NCBI GenBank assembly: GCA_001805615.1
Contig: MHGP01000057.1
Location: 40,824-79,331, forward strand
Origin: Omnitrophica WOR_2 bacterium RIFCSPHIGHO2_02_FULL_48_11
GTDB lineage: Bacteria > Omnitrophota > Gorgyraeia > Zapsychrales > GWA2-47-8
Direction: 5' to 3'
Length of the DNA stretch: 38,508 bases
A program made the translations under genes and the position numbers. This document shows positions 1 through 11,894 of the stretch, one piece after another (positions within the stretch are counted from its first letter, which is position 1; the number at the start of each line of letters is the position of its first letter). The notes beneath the pieces are model-generated. The model ran no database searches. It saw only the letters and a program-made list of their open reading frames with translations, and was not told the DNA's origin.

Positions 1-1185
1 GATCTCGTCTTCCCCCAAAATGATCACATAATGGGCGGATAATTTATTGGCGAGACGCATCTGGCTTTTCAATGACCCGCCTTGATAACCCATATCTGCG
101 GAGAGATTGCACCGCCGGACTTCCTGCAAGAGCGCAAAGGCATCCTTGGTATACTTTTCTTCCATGGCAATAATAAAGACATCGATCGCCGGGTCCACGG
201 GCTTATTCTTTCCCTGCTGCGCCAGAAGGATCCGTTCCATTCCCAAGGCAAAACCCACTGCATCCACCTGCGGACCGCCCAATTCACTGACCAAATTATT
301 ATAACGGCCGCCGGCGCCCAACGCATCCTGACTGCCCAAAGACGCGTCTGAAATTTCAAAAACGGTGTGCGTGTAATAATCGAGCCCGCGGACCAAAAGC
401 GGATCCTCTTCAAAAACAATATTCAACGTATCCAACGTCTGCTTAACCGTATGAAAATAATTCTGACTTTCTTCGCTCAACCATTCACGGCCAAAATTGG
501 TTTGTTTAACAAGCTGTTTGCACTTTTCATTTTTACAATCCAGGACCCTTAAAACATTACGTTCAAAACGCTGCTGACAGTCTTCGCACAATTCCGCGAT
601 CTTGGGCTGCAATTTGCGCTTGAGAAGTTCGTAGAACGCTTTTTTATTTTCCGGAGTTCCCAGCGTGTTGATTTTTAGTCTGTGATTGGCCAAGCCAAAG
701 GCCTTCAAAAGATTCACGCTTAAGGCGATCACTTCGGCATCAAGATACGGAGAACTGGATGCCGGACCGATGGCCTCCACGCCGATCTGGTGAAATTGCC
801 GCAGTCTTCCCTTTTGCGGCCGCTCGCCGCGGAACATGGGGCCGATATAAAAAAATTTCGACAAACTTTCTTTTTTATCAAGGTCGTTCTGGATATAAGA
901 CCGGACGATCGCCGCCGTTCCTTCGGGACGCAGCGCATAGCCGGAAGATTCTTCCTCCCCTTGCTTCTGTGACTGCAAGGTAAGCATCTGCTTTTGCACC
1001 ACATCGCTGGTCTGTCCCATGGAACGGGCAAACAATTCGGTTTCCTCAAAAACAGGCGTACGAATCTCATGGTAGCCGTAGAGCTGGCAGAGAGTCCGTG
1101 CCGTATTTTCAAGCGCTTGCCAGAAAGGAATTTCGGCGGGTAAGATATCGCTGGTGCCCCGGGGGATCAAGAATTGTTTCGCCAT
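1..1185 (-). CDS. hisS: Histidine--tRNA ligase (3' end runs off the window; absent from the ORF track)
   Basis: Hand translation from ATG at 1185: MAKQFLIPRGTSDILP...YGYHEIRTPVFEETELFARSMGQTSDVVQKQM...ALRPEGTA. The same frame at the window edge reads SLKSQMRLANKLSAHYVIILGEDEI (anticodon-binding domain). Confidence 0.96.
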   Translation of the reverse strand, partial: MAKQFLIPRGTSDILPAEIPFWQALENTARTLCQLYGYHEIRTPVFEETELFARSMGQTSDVVQKQMLTLQSQKQGEEESSGYALRPEGTAAIVRSYIQNDLDKKESLSKFFYIGPMFRGERPQKGRLRQFHQIGVEAIGPASSSPYLDAEVIALSVNLLKAFGLANHRLKINTLGTPENKKAFYELLKRKLQPKIAELCEDCQQRFERNVLRVLDCKNEKCKQLVKQTNFGREWLSEESQNYFHTVKQTLDTLNIVFEEDPLLVRGLDYYTHTVFEISDASLGSQDALGAGGRYNNLVSELGGPQVDAVGFALGMERILLAQQGKNKPVDPAIDVFIIAMEEKYTKDAFALLQEVRRCNLSADMGYQGGSLKSQMRLANKLSAHYVIILGEDEI

Positions 1186-1200
1186 AACCCTATAAACCTT

Positions 1201-1230
1201 AAGGGCGGAGGTAAAATTATCTCCGCCCTT
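1201..1230. terminator. Stem-loop between the HU gene and hisS
   Basis: AAGGGCGGAG-N10-CTCCGCCCTT perfect 10-bp stem. The T-run is clearer on + than on the coding (-) strand. Confidence 0.6.
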
Positions 1231-1271
1231 TTATATGCAATGAATAGTTATTTTCGTATGCAGCGAGGGGA

Positions 1272-1544
1272 TTACCTTATTTTCAGTTTCATCTCAAGAC
1301 CCGGCTTGAAGATAACGACTTTGCGCGGAGGGACAGGAACGCTTTGCCCCGTACGTGGATTGCGGCCAAAACGGGCCCGTCTTTCTTTGATCTTAAAAAC
1401 TCCAAAATTTCTTAACTCGACTTTTTCTGAACGAATCAAGCTGTCCACAATGACTTCAAAGGTTTTTTGGACGATTCTTTTGACGTCCACTTGCTTGATA
1501 CCTGTTGTGTCGGTAATTCTGAGGACAATATCTTTTTTGGTCAT
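1272..1544 (-). CDS. HU/IHF family DNA-binding protein
   Basis: MTKKDIV...KVELRNFGVFKIKERRARFGRNPRTGQSVPVPPRKVVIFKPG; GGAGG RBS upstream of ATG at 1544. Confidence 0.95.
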   Translation of the reverse strand: MTKKDIVLRITDTTGIKQVDVKRIVQKTFEVIVDSLIRSEKVELRNFGVFKIKERRARFGRNPRTGQSVPVPPRKVVIFKPGLEMKLKIR

Positions 1545-1569
1545 GTAGCCACCTCCTATAATCGTAAGC

Positions 1570-1598
1570 ATAGTATCAGCAAGGTGTTACAGTGTCAA
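1570..1598 (-). promoter_or_regulatory. Sigma70-type promoter of the HU/IHF gene
   Basis: TTGACA (1598-1593), 17 bp, TACTAT (1575-1570). Confidence 0.7.
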
Positions 1599-1637
1599 GC
1601 GATAAATTGGCAGGTTTTTTTCGCTCCTCCCGCCTCC

Positions 1638-4600
1638 CTACAGCGACATAGAAAAATTATCTTGTCCGACCAGAATTTTGATTTCTTCGATCAAGTCATG
1701 GCAAGGAGCCACAAACAGGTCTTCTCCCACCATAATTTGCACGCTCTTATAACCCTTCGTATCTAAGCGAAGATAGACCGGTATCTTTCCGGGAAATTTT
1801 GAAAGCCGCTGCTGCAGATCTTTTAACCCGGATTCATTCACGCGGGATAAATCTAAGCTAATGGTTTTGACCGACTTATAAACATCACCGATGGGTTTAA
1901 TGTCACCGGCAATAATTTTAGGCGATTCTTCCCGCAAGTTCACCTTGCCGACCAAAACGACCACTTCTCCTTCTCTAAGATATTGACTGACAACGGGATA
2001 AGTTGAAGGAAAAACCAAAACTTCAACTTCTCCCTCCACATCTTCCATTTTCAAAATTGCCATCCGCTCATTCGTCCGGCGGGTCGTGGTCAATTTTATA
2101 GAAGTGATCAGCGCGACCAACTTAACCTCTTGTCCATCAACGGCCATTTTTAAATTTTTCGTGGAATAATCGGTAAACTCTTTTATTTCAACCTGATAGT
2201 GGGCCAAAGGATGACCGCTCAAATAAAAACCCAGCAATTCTTTTTCAAACGCCAGGATCTGCGCCTGCGGCCATTCGGCAAGGTCAGGCAGATTCTCGGA
2301 TTCTTTTTTAAAATCGCTGAATCCCTCATCCGTATCAAAGAAAGAAAATTGTCCGCTGGCCTTTTCTTTTTGGGTCCGCGCCCCCATGCCTAAGGCGCCC
2401 TCGATCGCTTCCATCATCTGAGAGCGTTTTGAGCCAAAACAATCCATCGCGCCGCATTTGACCATGCTTTCCAAAACTTTACGGTTAACCAAACGCAAGT
2501 CCACTCGCCGGCAAAAATCAAAAATGGAAACATACGGGCCGTTCTTTCTGTTCTCTGCGATAGATTCGATGGCGATGGACCCCATGTTCTTGACCGCCAG
2601 CAAACCAAAACGGATCGTCTTTTCATTAATGACCTTAAATTGGCTGACGCTTTCATTCACATCCGGCGGCAAAACCTGGATCCCCATGGCCTCGGATTCT
2701 TTGACATATTCCACGACTTTATCGGTATTGTCTTTTTCGCTGGTGAGCAGCGCGCACATAAATTCCACCGGATAATTGGCCTTCAGGTACGCTGTCTGAT
2801 AAGAGATCAACGCATAGGCCGCCGAATGGCTGCGGTTAAAGCCGTAACCGGAGAAATAATCGATAAAATCAAATAATTTATTGGCTTGTTCTTCTTTGAT
2901 CTGGCTGGTCTTGCGGCATCCTTCGACGAAATCCCGGCGCATTTTTTCCATAATCTCCGGGACTTTTTTGCTCATGGCCCGGCGGAGATGATCGGCTTGC
3001 GTCATGGTGAAGCCGGCCAAAGTGCTGGCCATCTGCATGACCTGTTCCTGATACACGATAATGCCGTACGTTTCTTTGAGGACAGACTCGAGCTTGGGAT
3101 GATCATACCGGACCGGGACTTCCCCCTTTTTCCGCTTGATGTAATCATCCAACATCCCGCTGCCCATCGGGCCGGGACGATACAACGCTAAAATCGTGAT
3201 CAAATCTTCAAACTGCGTCGGCCGGCTCTTTTTCAAAAGATCGCGCATCCCCGAGCTTTCCAGCTGAAAAATTCCAAAACTTTGCGCCTTGGCTAAGATT
3301 TCATAAGTCTTCTTATCATCCAAAGGAATTTTGTCGATATCGATATCAATGCCGCGCGTAGTTTTGATGATCTTGATCGCCTCACTGATCACGGTCAGCG
3401 TGCGCAACCCTAAGAAATCCATTTTTAATAAACCGATCTTCGCTATGCCGTCCATCGAAAAACCCGTCGTGATCTGGTCATCACTGGTCTTAAATAACGG
3501 GATATATTCCGTCAACGGCTTATCGGAAATCACCACCCCCGCGGCATGCACCGAGGCATGGCGGTTCAATCCTTCCAAAACCTGCGCCGTATCAATGATC
3601 TGGCGGGCGATCTCCTCATCTTTGTACAGCTTTGCCAGCTCGGGTTCTTTCTCCAAGGCCTCTTTGAGGGTAATGCCGATTTCCGCAGGGATCAATTTTG
3701 CCAGCTTATCCACGTTGCCGTACTCGACGGCCATGACGCGGCCCACATCGCGGACCGCGGCCCGGGCCTGCATGGTCCCGAAAGTAATGATCTGGGCCAC
3801 GTTATCCTTGCCGTATTTTTTGGTAACATAGTCAATGACCTCGCCGCGGCGTTCGAAACAAAAATCAATATCAATATCCGGCATGCTCGCCCGGTCCGGA
3901 TTCAAGAAACGCTCAAACAGCAATCCGTATTTCAAAGGATCCAAATTGGTGATGCCGAGCAAATAACTGGCCAGACTCCCCGCCGCAGAACCGCGCCCCG
4001 GCCCCACCGGAATACCGCGCTGCTTGGCATAGTGAATGAAATCCCAGACAATCAGAAAATAACTGACAAAGCCCATTTTTTTGACCACCGACAATTCATA
4101 CTCTAGCCGTTTTTCAATTTCGGGCGTGGCCCGGCCGTAACGCTCCGCGATCCCCTTCTGACACAGCTCTTTTAAATATTCTTCCTTGGTCCTCCCGGAC
4201 GGCGGTTCATAATGCGGCAGATGGATTTGATCAAAGCGCAATTGCAGATTGCATTTATCCGCAATTTCCAAAGTGTTCTTGAGCGCTTCCGGAACCCAGG
4301 CGAATTCTTTTTTCATCAAGGCCGGGTCTTTAAAATAAAACTGATCTGTTTTAAGGCGCATCCGGTTAGGGTCATTGAGCATCGTCTGGGTCTGGATGCA
4401 TAAAAGCGCTTCGTGGGCGGTGTACTGGGTTTGGGTCAGGTAATGAACGTCGTTGGTGACGACTAAGGGCAAGTTCAAATCTTTGGCTAATTTCAGCAGG
4501 CCTTCGTTGACGATCTTCTGATCTTCAATGCCGTGTTCCATCAATTCTAAATAAAAATTCCCTTTGCCGAAGATCTGCGAGAATTCCCCGGCGGCTTTTT

Positions 4601-5081
4601 TTGCCCCCGCATAATCGCCCTGGCGTAAGTACCAGGCAACTTCGCCGCGCAGGCAGGCGGACGTGGCCAGCAGCCCTTCGGAATATTTCGCCAGGATCTC
4701 TTTGTCCATCCGGGGGCGATAATAAAATCCCTCGAGATATCCGGCCGAAACTAATTTCAGCAAATTTTTATATCCGGCTTCATCACGGGCAAAAAGGACC
4801 AAATGGGAAGCGCCCATGCCTTTGGGTCCGGAAGAAGTCCCGCGGTCAAGACGGCTCCCCGGCGCGACATAAGCTTCGCAGCCGATAATCGGCTTGACCC
4901 CGACCTTGACGGCATTTTCATAAAAATCAATGGCACCGAAAAGATTCCCATGATCGGTCATGCCCAAAGCAGGCATTTTGTACTCCGCGGCTTTTTGAAC
5001 GAGTTCTTTGATCCGGCAAGCGCCATCCAAAAGGCTGTATTGGGTATGAACGTGCAGATGGACAAAATCGGAGTGATACAT
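1638..5081 (-). CDS. dnaE: DNA polymerase III alpha subunit
   Basis: FVHLHVHTQYSLLDG PHP domain, GPGRGSAAGS, PDIDIDF, KMDFLGL, YGFNRSH; 1147 aa, with no sign of an intein. Confidence 0.99.
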   Translation of the reverse strand: MYHSDFVHLHVHTQYSLLDGACRIKELVQKAAEYKMPALGMTDHGNLFGAIDFYENAVKVGVKPIIGCEAYVAPGSRLDRGTSSGPKGMGASHLVLFARDEAGYKNLLKLVSAGYLEGFYYRPRMDKEILAKYSEGLLATSACLRGEVAWYLRQGDYAGAKKAAGEFSQIFGKGNFYLELMEHGIEDQKIVNEGLLKLAKDLNLPLVVTNDVHYLTQTQYTAHEALLCIQTQTMLNDPNRMRLKTDQFYFKDPALMKKEFAWVPEALKNTLEIADKCNLQLRFDQIHLPHYEPPSGRTKEEYLKELCQKGIAERYGRATPEIEKRLEYELSVVKKMGFVSYFLIVWDFIHYAKQRGIPVGPGRGSAAGSLASYLLGITNLDPLKYGLLFERFLNPDRASMPDIDIDFCFERRGEVIDYVTKKYGKDNVAQIITFGTMQARAAVRDVGRVMAVEYGNVDKLAKLIPAEIGITLKEALEKEPELAKLYKDEEIARQIIDTAQVLEGLNRHASVHAAGVVISDKPLTEYIPLFKTSDDQITTGFSMDGIAKIGLLKMDFLGLRTLTVISEAIKIIKTTRGIDIDIDKIPLDDKKTYEILAKAQSFGIFQLESSGMRDLLKKSRPTQFEDLITILALYRPGPMGSGMLDDYIKRKKGEVPVRYDHPKLESVLKETYGIIVYQEQVMQMASTLAGFTMTQADHLRRAMSKKVPEIMEKMRRDFVEGCRKTSQIKEEQANKLFDFIDYFSGYGFNRSHSAAYALISYQTAYLKANYPVEFMCALLTSEKDNTDKVVEYVKESEAMGIQVLPPDVNESVSQFKVINEKTIRFGLLAVKNMGSIAIESIAENRKNGPYVSIFDFCRRVDLRLVNRKVLESMVKCGAMDCFGSKRSQMMEAIEGALGMGARTQKEKASGQFSFFDTDEGFSDFKKESENLPDLAEWPQAQILAFEKELLGFYLSGHPLAHYQVEIKEFTDYSTKNLKMAVDGQEVKLVALITSIKLTTTRRTNERMAILKMEDVEGEVEVLVFPSTYPVVSQYLREGEVVVLVGKVNLREESPKIIAGDIKPIGDVYKSVKTISLDLSRVNESGLKDLQQRLSKFPGKIPVYLRLDTKGYKSVQIMVGEDLFVAPCHDLIEEIKILVGQDNFSMSL

Positions 5082-5085
5082 AAAA

Positions 5086-5167
5086 CATCACCATGTCACC
5101 ATTGTCACCACGTCACCAGTAGCTTGTGATTTTGCGTGTGACCTGGTGACTTTGTGACTTGGTTGAC
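5086..5167. repeat. Mirrored short tandem repeats (4x TCACC then 4x GTGAC/TTGAC) forming an imperfect palindrome
   Basis: catcacc atgtcacc attgtcacc acgtcaccag, then a spacer, then gtgac ctggtgac tttgtgac ttggttgac. Confidence 0.8.
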
Positions 5168-5173
5168 CTTTAT

Positions 5174-6856
5174 TTATTCCCATTCGATAGTTGAAGGCGG
5201 TTTGGAGCTGACATCGTAGACAACACGATTCACTCCTTTGACTTCATTGATAATACGGTTGGCCATTTTACCAAGAAGCTCATAAGGAAGATGGACCCAA
5301 TCGGCGGTCATGCCATCGACGCTGCTGACACAGCGGATCGCAATCGCGTTCTCATAGGTCCGCTGGTCACCCATGACCCCGACGGATTTGACCGGAAGCA
5401 AAACAGCGAAGGATTGCCAAATTTCTTGATAGAGGCCGGCTTTTTTCACTTCTTCTAAAACAATTTCATCGGCATTACGCAAAACATCCAACCGGTCCTG
5501 CGCGACCTCTCCGACAATGCGGATCGCGAGCCCCGGACCGGGAAACGGCTGACGGTTTAACACAACATCCGGCAGGCCTAAATGTTTACCGATCACCCGG
5601 ACCTCATCTTTAAATAGATCACGCAGCGGTTCAATGAGTTTCAATTTCATGGTCTTCGGCAAACCGCCGACATTATGGTGGCTCTTGATCTTCGCAGAAG
5701 GACCGCCGAGCGGCGAGATGGATTCGATCACGTCGGGATACAGAGTTCCTTGCGCTAAAAATTCCACATCCTTGATCCGATGGGCCGCTTCTTGAAAAAC
5801 TTTGACAAATTCATCGCCGATAATCTTTCGCTTCTGCTCCGGGTCCGTAACATTCTTCAGACGCTGTAGAAAACGGTTGGCGGCATTGACCGTGATCATA
5901 TTGATCTTAAAATGTTCCTTGAAGGTGCGCTCGACCGCCGCCACTTCGTTCTTGCGCAGCAGGCCGTTATCGACAAAAATACAATACAACTTCTTTCCCA
6001 AGGCCTTATGAAGTAAAACCGCGGTAACGGCGGAATCAACTCCCCCGCTTAATCCCAGTACGACCTTTTTATTGCCCACTGTTTCTTTGACATCTTTGAT
6101 CGTGGCATCCATGAACTTGTCCATGGTCCAACGCGGCAGACAGCGGCAAATCTGTGACGCAAAATTCACCAAAAGCTGCATTCCGCGCTGCGTGTGCACC
6201 ACTTCCGGATGGAATTGCACGCCGAATATCCGGCGTGACCGGTTCGCAAAGGCAGCGATCTCGGCATTGAGCGTATGACCTAAGCGGATAAATCCCGACG
6301 GCAGCTTCTTGATCTCATCCCCATGACTCATCCAGCAGGTCAAATTTGTCGGAAGGTTGGCGAACAGATCCGTGTTGCTGTCCACGAACAACTCAGCCCG
6401 ACCGAATTCTCTTTCTTTCGACTTATCAACTTTACCACCCAGCAAATACGTGATCACCTGCATCCCGTAACAAATCCCTAAGATCGGCAGCCCCAGCTTG
6501 AAAATCCCTTCATGCGGTTCCGGAGCCCCCTCATCATAAACGCTCATCGGCCCGCCGGAGAGGATCAATCCCTTGGGATTAATCTCCTGGATCTCGGCAG
6601 GAGTGATATTAAAAGGAACAATCTGGCAAAACACTTTGTTCTCGCGGATCCGCCGGGCAATCAACTGCGTGTATTGCGACCCGAAATCCAAAATAAGAAT
6701 ACTGTCTTTATTGCGGACGGCCGTTTTCTTGGCAACGACATCTTGTTTTTTATTCTGCCGCAGATTGTTGAATTTATGTATTCTTCGTAATTTTAATTTT
6801 TTAGGTTTACGGTAAATAATTCTATTTTTTCTTATTTTTTTCTTTGTCTTAGCCAT
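5174..6856 (-). CDS. guaA: GMP synthase (glutamine-hydrolysing) with basic N-terminal extension
   Basis: [54 protein letters not shown]. Start moved to ATG 6856 (AGGAG RBS, just after the guaB3 stop). Confidence 0.98.
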   Translation of the reverse strand: MAKTKKKIRKNRIIYRKPKKLKLRRIHKFNNLRQNKKQDVVAKKTAVRNKDSILILDFGSQYTQLIARRIRENKVFCQIVPFNITPAEIQEINPKGLILSGGPMSVYDEGAPEPHEGIFKLGLPILGICYGMQVITYLLGGKVDKSKEREFGRAELFVDSNTDLFANLPTNLTCWMSHGDEIKKLPSGFIRLGHTLNAEIAAFANRSRRIFGVQFHPEVVHTQRGMQLLVNFASQICRCLPRWTMDKFMDATIKDVKETVGNKKVVLGLSGGVDSAVTAVLLHKALGKKLYCIFVDNGLLRKNEVAAVERTFKEHFKINMITVNAANRFLQRLKNVTDPEQKRKIIGDEFVKVFQEAAHRIKDVEFLAQGTLYPDVIESISPLGGPSAKIKSHHNVGGLPKTMKLKLIEPLRDLFKDEVRVIGKHLGLPDVVLNRQPFPGPGLAIRIVGEVAQDRLDVLRNADEIVLEEVKKAGLYQEIWQSFAVLLPVKSVGVMGDQRTYENAIAIRCVSSVDGMTADWVHLPYELLGKMANRIINEVKGVNRVVYDVSSKPPSTIEWE

Positions 6857-6863
6857 AGCTCTC

Positions 6864-8024
6864 CTATTTCCCCATTCCCACGCGTTGTCCAACTTGAAAA
6901 ACTTTCCCTTCCGTTTGGATCGACGGTGCGATAATGATTTCCACGTCATGCATTTCTCTGATATTCGAAGCACCCAGCGAACCCATCGAGGTTCTGAGAG
7001 CCCCGATGAGGTTTTGCGAACCATCATCGACCTTTGCCGGTCCCGCCAAAATCTCTTTCAACGTCCCCGAAGTCCCCACGCGAATACGCGTCCCGCGCGG
7101 CAGATTGGCATGGGAGGTGGCCATACCCCAGTGATACCCTCTTCCCGGAGCTTCTTCAGCCCGGGCAAAAGCCGATCCCACCATAACCGCATCTCCGCCG
7201 GCGGCGATGGCTTTACAAATTTCTCCGCCGATCCGCATGCCGCCATCGGTGATGATGGGAATATATTTTCCTTTTCTCTTAAAAAAATAATCGCGCGCCG
7301 CCGCCGAATCAACCGTCGAGGTGATCTGCGGAACACCAATCCCCAGAACACCACGAGTTGTGCACGCAGCTCCCGGCCCGATCCCCACCAGCAATCCCGA
7401 GGCACCGGCTTCCATAAGTTCCAACGCCACGTCGTAAGTCACACAATTTCCGAGGATGATCGGCATTTTTGTCTGTTTGCAAAAATTTTCTAAATCTAAA
7501 ATTTTATATTGAGTAGAGATGTGCTGGACCGTGGCCACCGTTGACTGAACGATAAAGATATCGCAGCCCGCTTCCTCGGCGATCGGGGCAAAATGAGCCG
7601 CATTTTGCGGGATACAGCTGACCGCGGCCGGGACCTTAGCCTTTTTGATTTTCGCGACCCGCTTGGCGATAAGCTTTTCTTTAATAGGAGTAAGATAAAC
7701 CGATTGGACTAATTTCGTGGCTACATTCGGATCAGCAGCGGCAATTTGTTGCAGAACTTCATCGGGGTTTTCATAGCGCGTTTGGATCCCATCCAGATTG
7801 AGAACGGCAATCCCTCCCAATTTCCCCATGGCAACGGCAAATTTGACATCCACCACCCCGTCCATCGCTGCCGCCAGAATAGGCACTTTGATTTTTTTCC
7901 CACCGATGACCCAGCTGATATCGACTTCGTTGGGGTTAATAGTCACCATGCCGGGGACCAGGGCAACTTCATCAAAACCATAGCACCTTCTGGCTCGACG
8001 GCCTATTCCAATCCACTCTGCCAT
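6864..8024 (-). CDS. guaB3: GuaB3-family IMP dehydrogenase (no CBS domains)
   Basis: [21 protein letters not shown]-terminus, AAAMDGVVD, catalytic loop [17 protein letters not shown]; adjacent to guaA. Confidence 0.92.
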   Translation of the reverse strand: MAEWIGIGRRARRCYGFDEVALVPGMVTINPNEVDISWVIGGKKIKVPILAAAMDGVVDVKFAVAMGKLGGIAVLNLDGIQTRYENPDEVLQQIAAADPNVATKLVQSVYLTPIKEKLIAKRVAKIKKAKVPAAVSCIPQNAAHFAPIAEEAGCDIFIVQSTVATVQHISTQYKILDLENFCKQTKMPIILGNCVTYDVALELMEAGASGLLVGIGPGAACTTRGVLGIGVPQITSTVDSAAARDYFFKRKGKYIPIITDGGMRIGGEICKAIAAGGDAVMVGSAFARAEEAPGRGYHWGMATSHANLPRGTRIRVGTSGTLKEILAGPAKVDDGSQNLIGALRTSMGSLGASNIREMHDVEIIIAPSIQTEGKVFQVGQRVGMGK

Positions 8025-8091
8025 AGCGCTAAAACCTCCTGAAAATAGTATAGATAGGGTTTATGCTGATTTTATGAATAAAAGATATAAT

Positions 8092-8120
8092 ACTATAAGT
8101 AATTTGCCTAAAAAAGTCAA
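8092..8120 (-). promoter_or_regulatory. Sigma70-type promoter of guaB3-guaA
   Basis: TTGACT (8120-8115), 17 bp, TATAGT (8097-8092) in an AT-rich spacer. Confidence 0.65.
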
Positions 8121-8135
8121 TTCCTATTTTCCGCT

Positions 8136-10118
8136 TTACCTTAATTGCTTATTGTAATAATCGGCCTTTTCCTGATCGCCCAGCCCCCGGTAAGCATCGG
8201 CCAATTTCGGATAAACTTCAGCGGACCGGCTGGGATCAACCTGCAGGGCTTGCTCATAAAACTCGATCGCTTTTCTATAATCCTTCATAAAATAATACGT
8301 AACCCCCGTTTGCAGGTGGCCGTCAAACAACGCCGGATTGATTTCGACAACCTTTTTATACATCTGCAGCGCCGCCGGATAATCATTTTCCAAAAGATAA
8401 ACCGTTCCCAGCCCAAAATAAGCCCGCTCATTATCCGGATTAAAGTCCAGGGCCTTATTTAGCACACTCTCGGCCTCCACAAGCCGATTGTGTTCAAGAT
8501 ATATGGCGCTCAGCATGACCGCTGCCTTGTCAACGCCCGGCATAAACGCCGACGGATGGTTCTCCTTTAACTCCAGGCTCTTCAAAAAATACCCTTCGGC
8601 TTCCTTGGTCTTTCGCTGCAAGGAGGCTGAATACCCCAAATTGATGTAAGCATGAACAAAACTCGGGTCAACGCTCATGGCCATTTTAAATTCTTCTTCC
8701 GCCTTTTTGTACTCCCTTTGTTTGATATAAATCAAGCCGAGATTATTGTGCGGATCCGGATAGAAAGGATTGAGTTCAATAGCCTTAAGATATAACGGGA
8801 TCGCGTCCTGGAACCGCTCTGCTTGATAGTATATTGACCCCAGAACAAAATAAGGCCGCGGATGATCAGGCGATTTGCGAATGGTATCCTGCATCAAGGC
8901 TTCGCGGGATGTCCAGACAAAATTGCGCGAGACCGTCAGAACGCTCAAAATAACGATAATCCCCGTCAAGACAACCGGGCATGACTTTGCCGGCCGGACC
9001 CATTTTAACAACGCCGCCGTCAAAAAAATCGCGAATCCCGCCACCGGCAAATAAAGTCGATGTTCCTGGACCGGTTCCAGCGGGACAAACCCCGATGATG
9101 TCGGAAATAAACAAATAAAGAACCAAAAAATCCCAAAGGCCAGCAGCTTCTCTTTCTTGAAAAAATACGCAGCAACACCCATGACCCCCGCGACTAAGAG
9201 AAACGCTGAAAATGTCGGCCACTCCCAAAGAGAATTGGAAAGCGGAAAATCATAATCCAAATTCTGCCCGAGAGGAACAAAGCAAAGCCGCAGGTAAAGC
9301 GCAATGGCCTTGAATTGTGTCAAAAAATATTGTCCATAAAAATGCGGCGCGGTATCCCTTAAGAGGAAAGATAACTGCAACATCTGAAATATCCGCGCCA
9401 GAATCCCGGAATACCATAAAAGGAAATATGCCGCACCCGCAGCGAGCAGGGTCCCGGCAAGTTGGCTTACCTTTTTCTGCGGAAGATTTAGAAAACTCAA
9501 TTCTGTCAGGACAATCAAGAGCGGTAAAGACAGGATCGTCCCCTTCGCAAAAAAACCGACATAAAAAATAACGACCGCACCGGCAAACCACCGCTTGTCC
9601 CCTTGGCTGCGCCCCCGCAGATAGAAATAATAACTCAGCAGATAAAACAGCGCGGACAAGACTTCGGATCTTTGCCATACATAAGTGACGGATTGAGTTT
9701 GCAGAGGATGCACCAAAAAGAGCAAGGCAGCGCCAAAGGCAAAGAGGTCCTGATCTTTTTTCCAGACGGAACTTTTTAGGGCCGGCAAAGAAAACAACTG
9801 CCGCAGGACATAGTATAAAAGTATGGCCGCGCTAATATGCAGGATGACGTTTCCCAGATGGTAGCCGAGCGGATCCTCTTTCCCCCATTGATAATTTAAA
9901 GCGAACGTCAAAAACGTCAGGATCTTTCTTTTATCAATGGCCTGCTCTTCCCAATGCGCCAACAGACGGGACGCATCCTTGATGAGCGGATTGCCCACGA
10001 TAAAATTGAAATCATCAAATTGGAAAGGGGCACGCAGGATATTGGCGTAAACGGCAAGACCGAGAATGACCAAAAACAGCGCGGGGATGAATTTTGGGGG
10101 AGGCTTCATTAATACCAT
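8136..10118 (-). CDS. Multi-TM membrane protein with C-terminal TPRs (TMTC-like GT-C glycosyltransferase)
   Basis: FQFDD first-loop motif, YHLGNVILH, FLVHPLQTQSVTYVWQRSE, EHRLYLP, then several TPR repeats. Start is 10118 or 10109. Confidence 0.85.
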   Translation of the reverse strand: MVLMKPPPKFIPALFLVILGLAVYANILRAPFQFDDFNFIVGNPLIKDASRLLAHWEEQAIDKRKILTFLTFALNYQWGKEDPLGYHLGNVILHISAAILLYYVLRQLFSLPALKSSVWKKDQDLFAFGAALLFLVHPLQTQSVTYVWQRSEVLSALFYLLSYYFYLRGRSQGDKRWFAGAVVIFYVGFFAKGTILSLPLLIVLTELSFLNLPQKKVSQLAGTLLAAGAAYFLLWYSGILARIFQMLQLSFLLRDTAPHFYGQYFLTQFKAIALYLRLCFVPLGQNLDYDFPLSNSLWEWPTFSAFLLVAGVMGVAAYFFKKEKLLAFGIFWFFICLFPTSSGFVPLEPVQEHRLYLPVAGFAIFLTAALLKWVRPAKSCPVVLTGIIVILSVLTVSRNFVWTSREALMQDTIRKSPDHPRPYFVLGSIYYQAERFQDAIPLYLKAIELNPFYPDPHNNLGLIYIKQREYKKAEEEFKMAMSVDPSFVHAYINLGYSASLQRKTKEAEGYFLKSLELKENHPSAFMPGVDKAAVMLSAIYLEHNRLVEAESVLNKALDFNPDNERAYFGLGTVYLLENDYPAALQMYKKVVEINPALFDGHLQTGVTYYFMKDYRKAIEFYEQALQVDPSRSAEVYPKLADAYRGLGDQEKADYYNKQLR

Positions 10119-10144
10119 GATAAATCTTACTTTATAAAATTCAA

Positions 10145-10187
10145 TAAAAAACAAAGCCCCCACTGCTTTCTACAAAACAGTGGGGGC
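10145..10187 (-). terminator. Intrinsic terminator of groESL
   Basis: GCCCCCACTG / CAGTGGGGGC 10-bp stem (10156-10187) followed on - by TTTGTTTTTTA. Confidence 0.85.
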
Positions 10188-10216
10188 AATTTTATCAACG
10201 AGCAGGGCCGCAAAAA

Positions 10217-11884
<1,668 letters not shown>

Positions 11885-11894
11885 TTATTAAAAA

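Noticed and set aside
1638-5081. Intein or split in dnaE
   Set aside because: Normal length with continuous motifs; no intein or homing-endonuclease signature seen.
5086-5167. Mini-CRISPR, or a His/Cys-rich metal-binding tail (CHHCHH) on + ORF 4803..5129
   Set aside because: The units are 5-9 bp with no spacers or cas genes; the ORF is antisense to dnaE and its tail is just the translated repeat.
6857-7027. Longer 617-aa GuaA start given in the ORF track
   Set aside because: It overlaps guaB3 in another frame; the RBS-supported ATG is at 6856.
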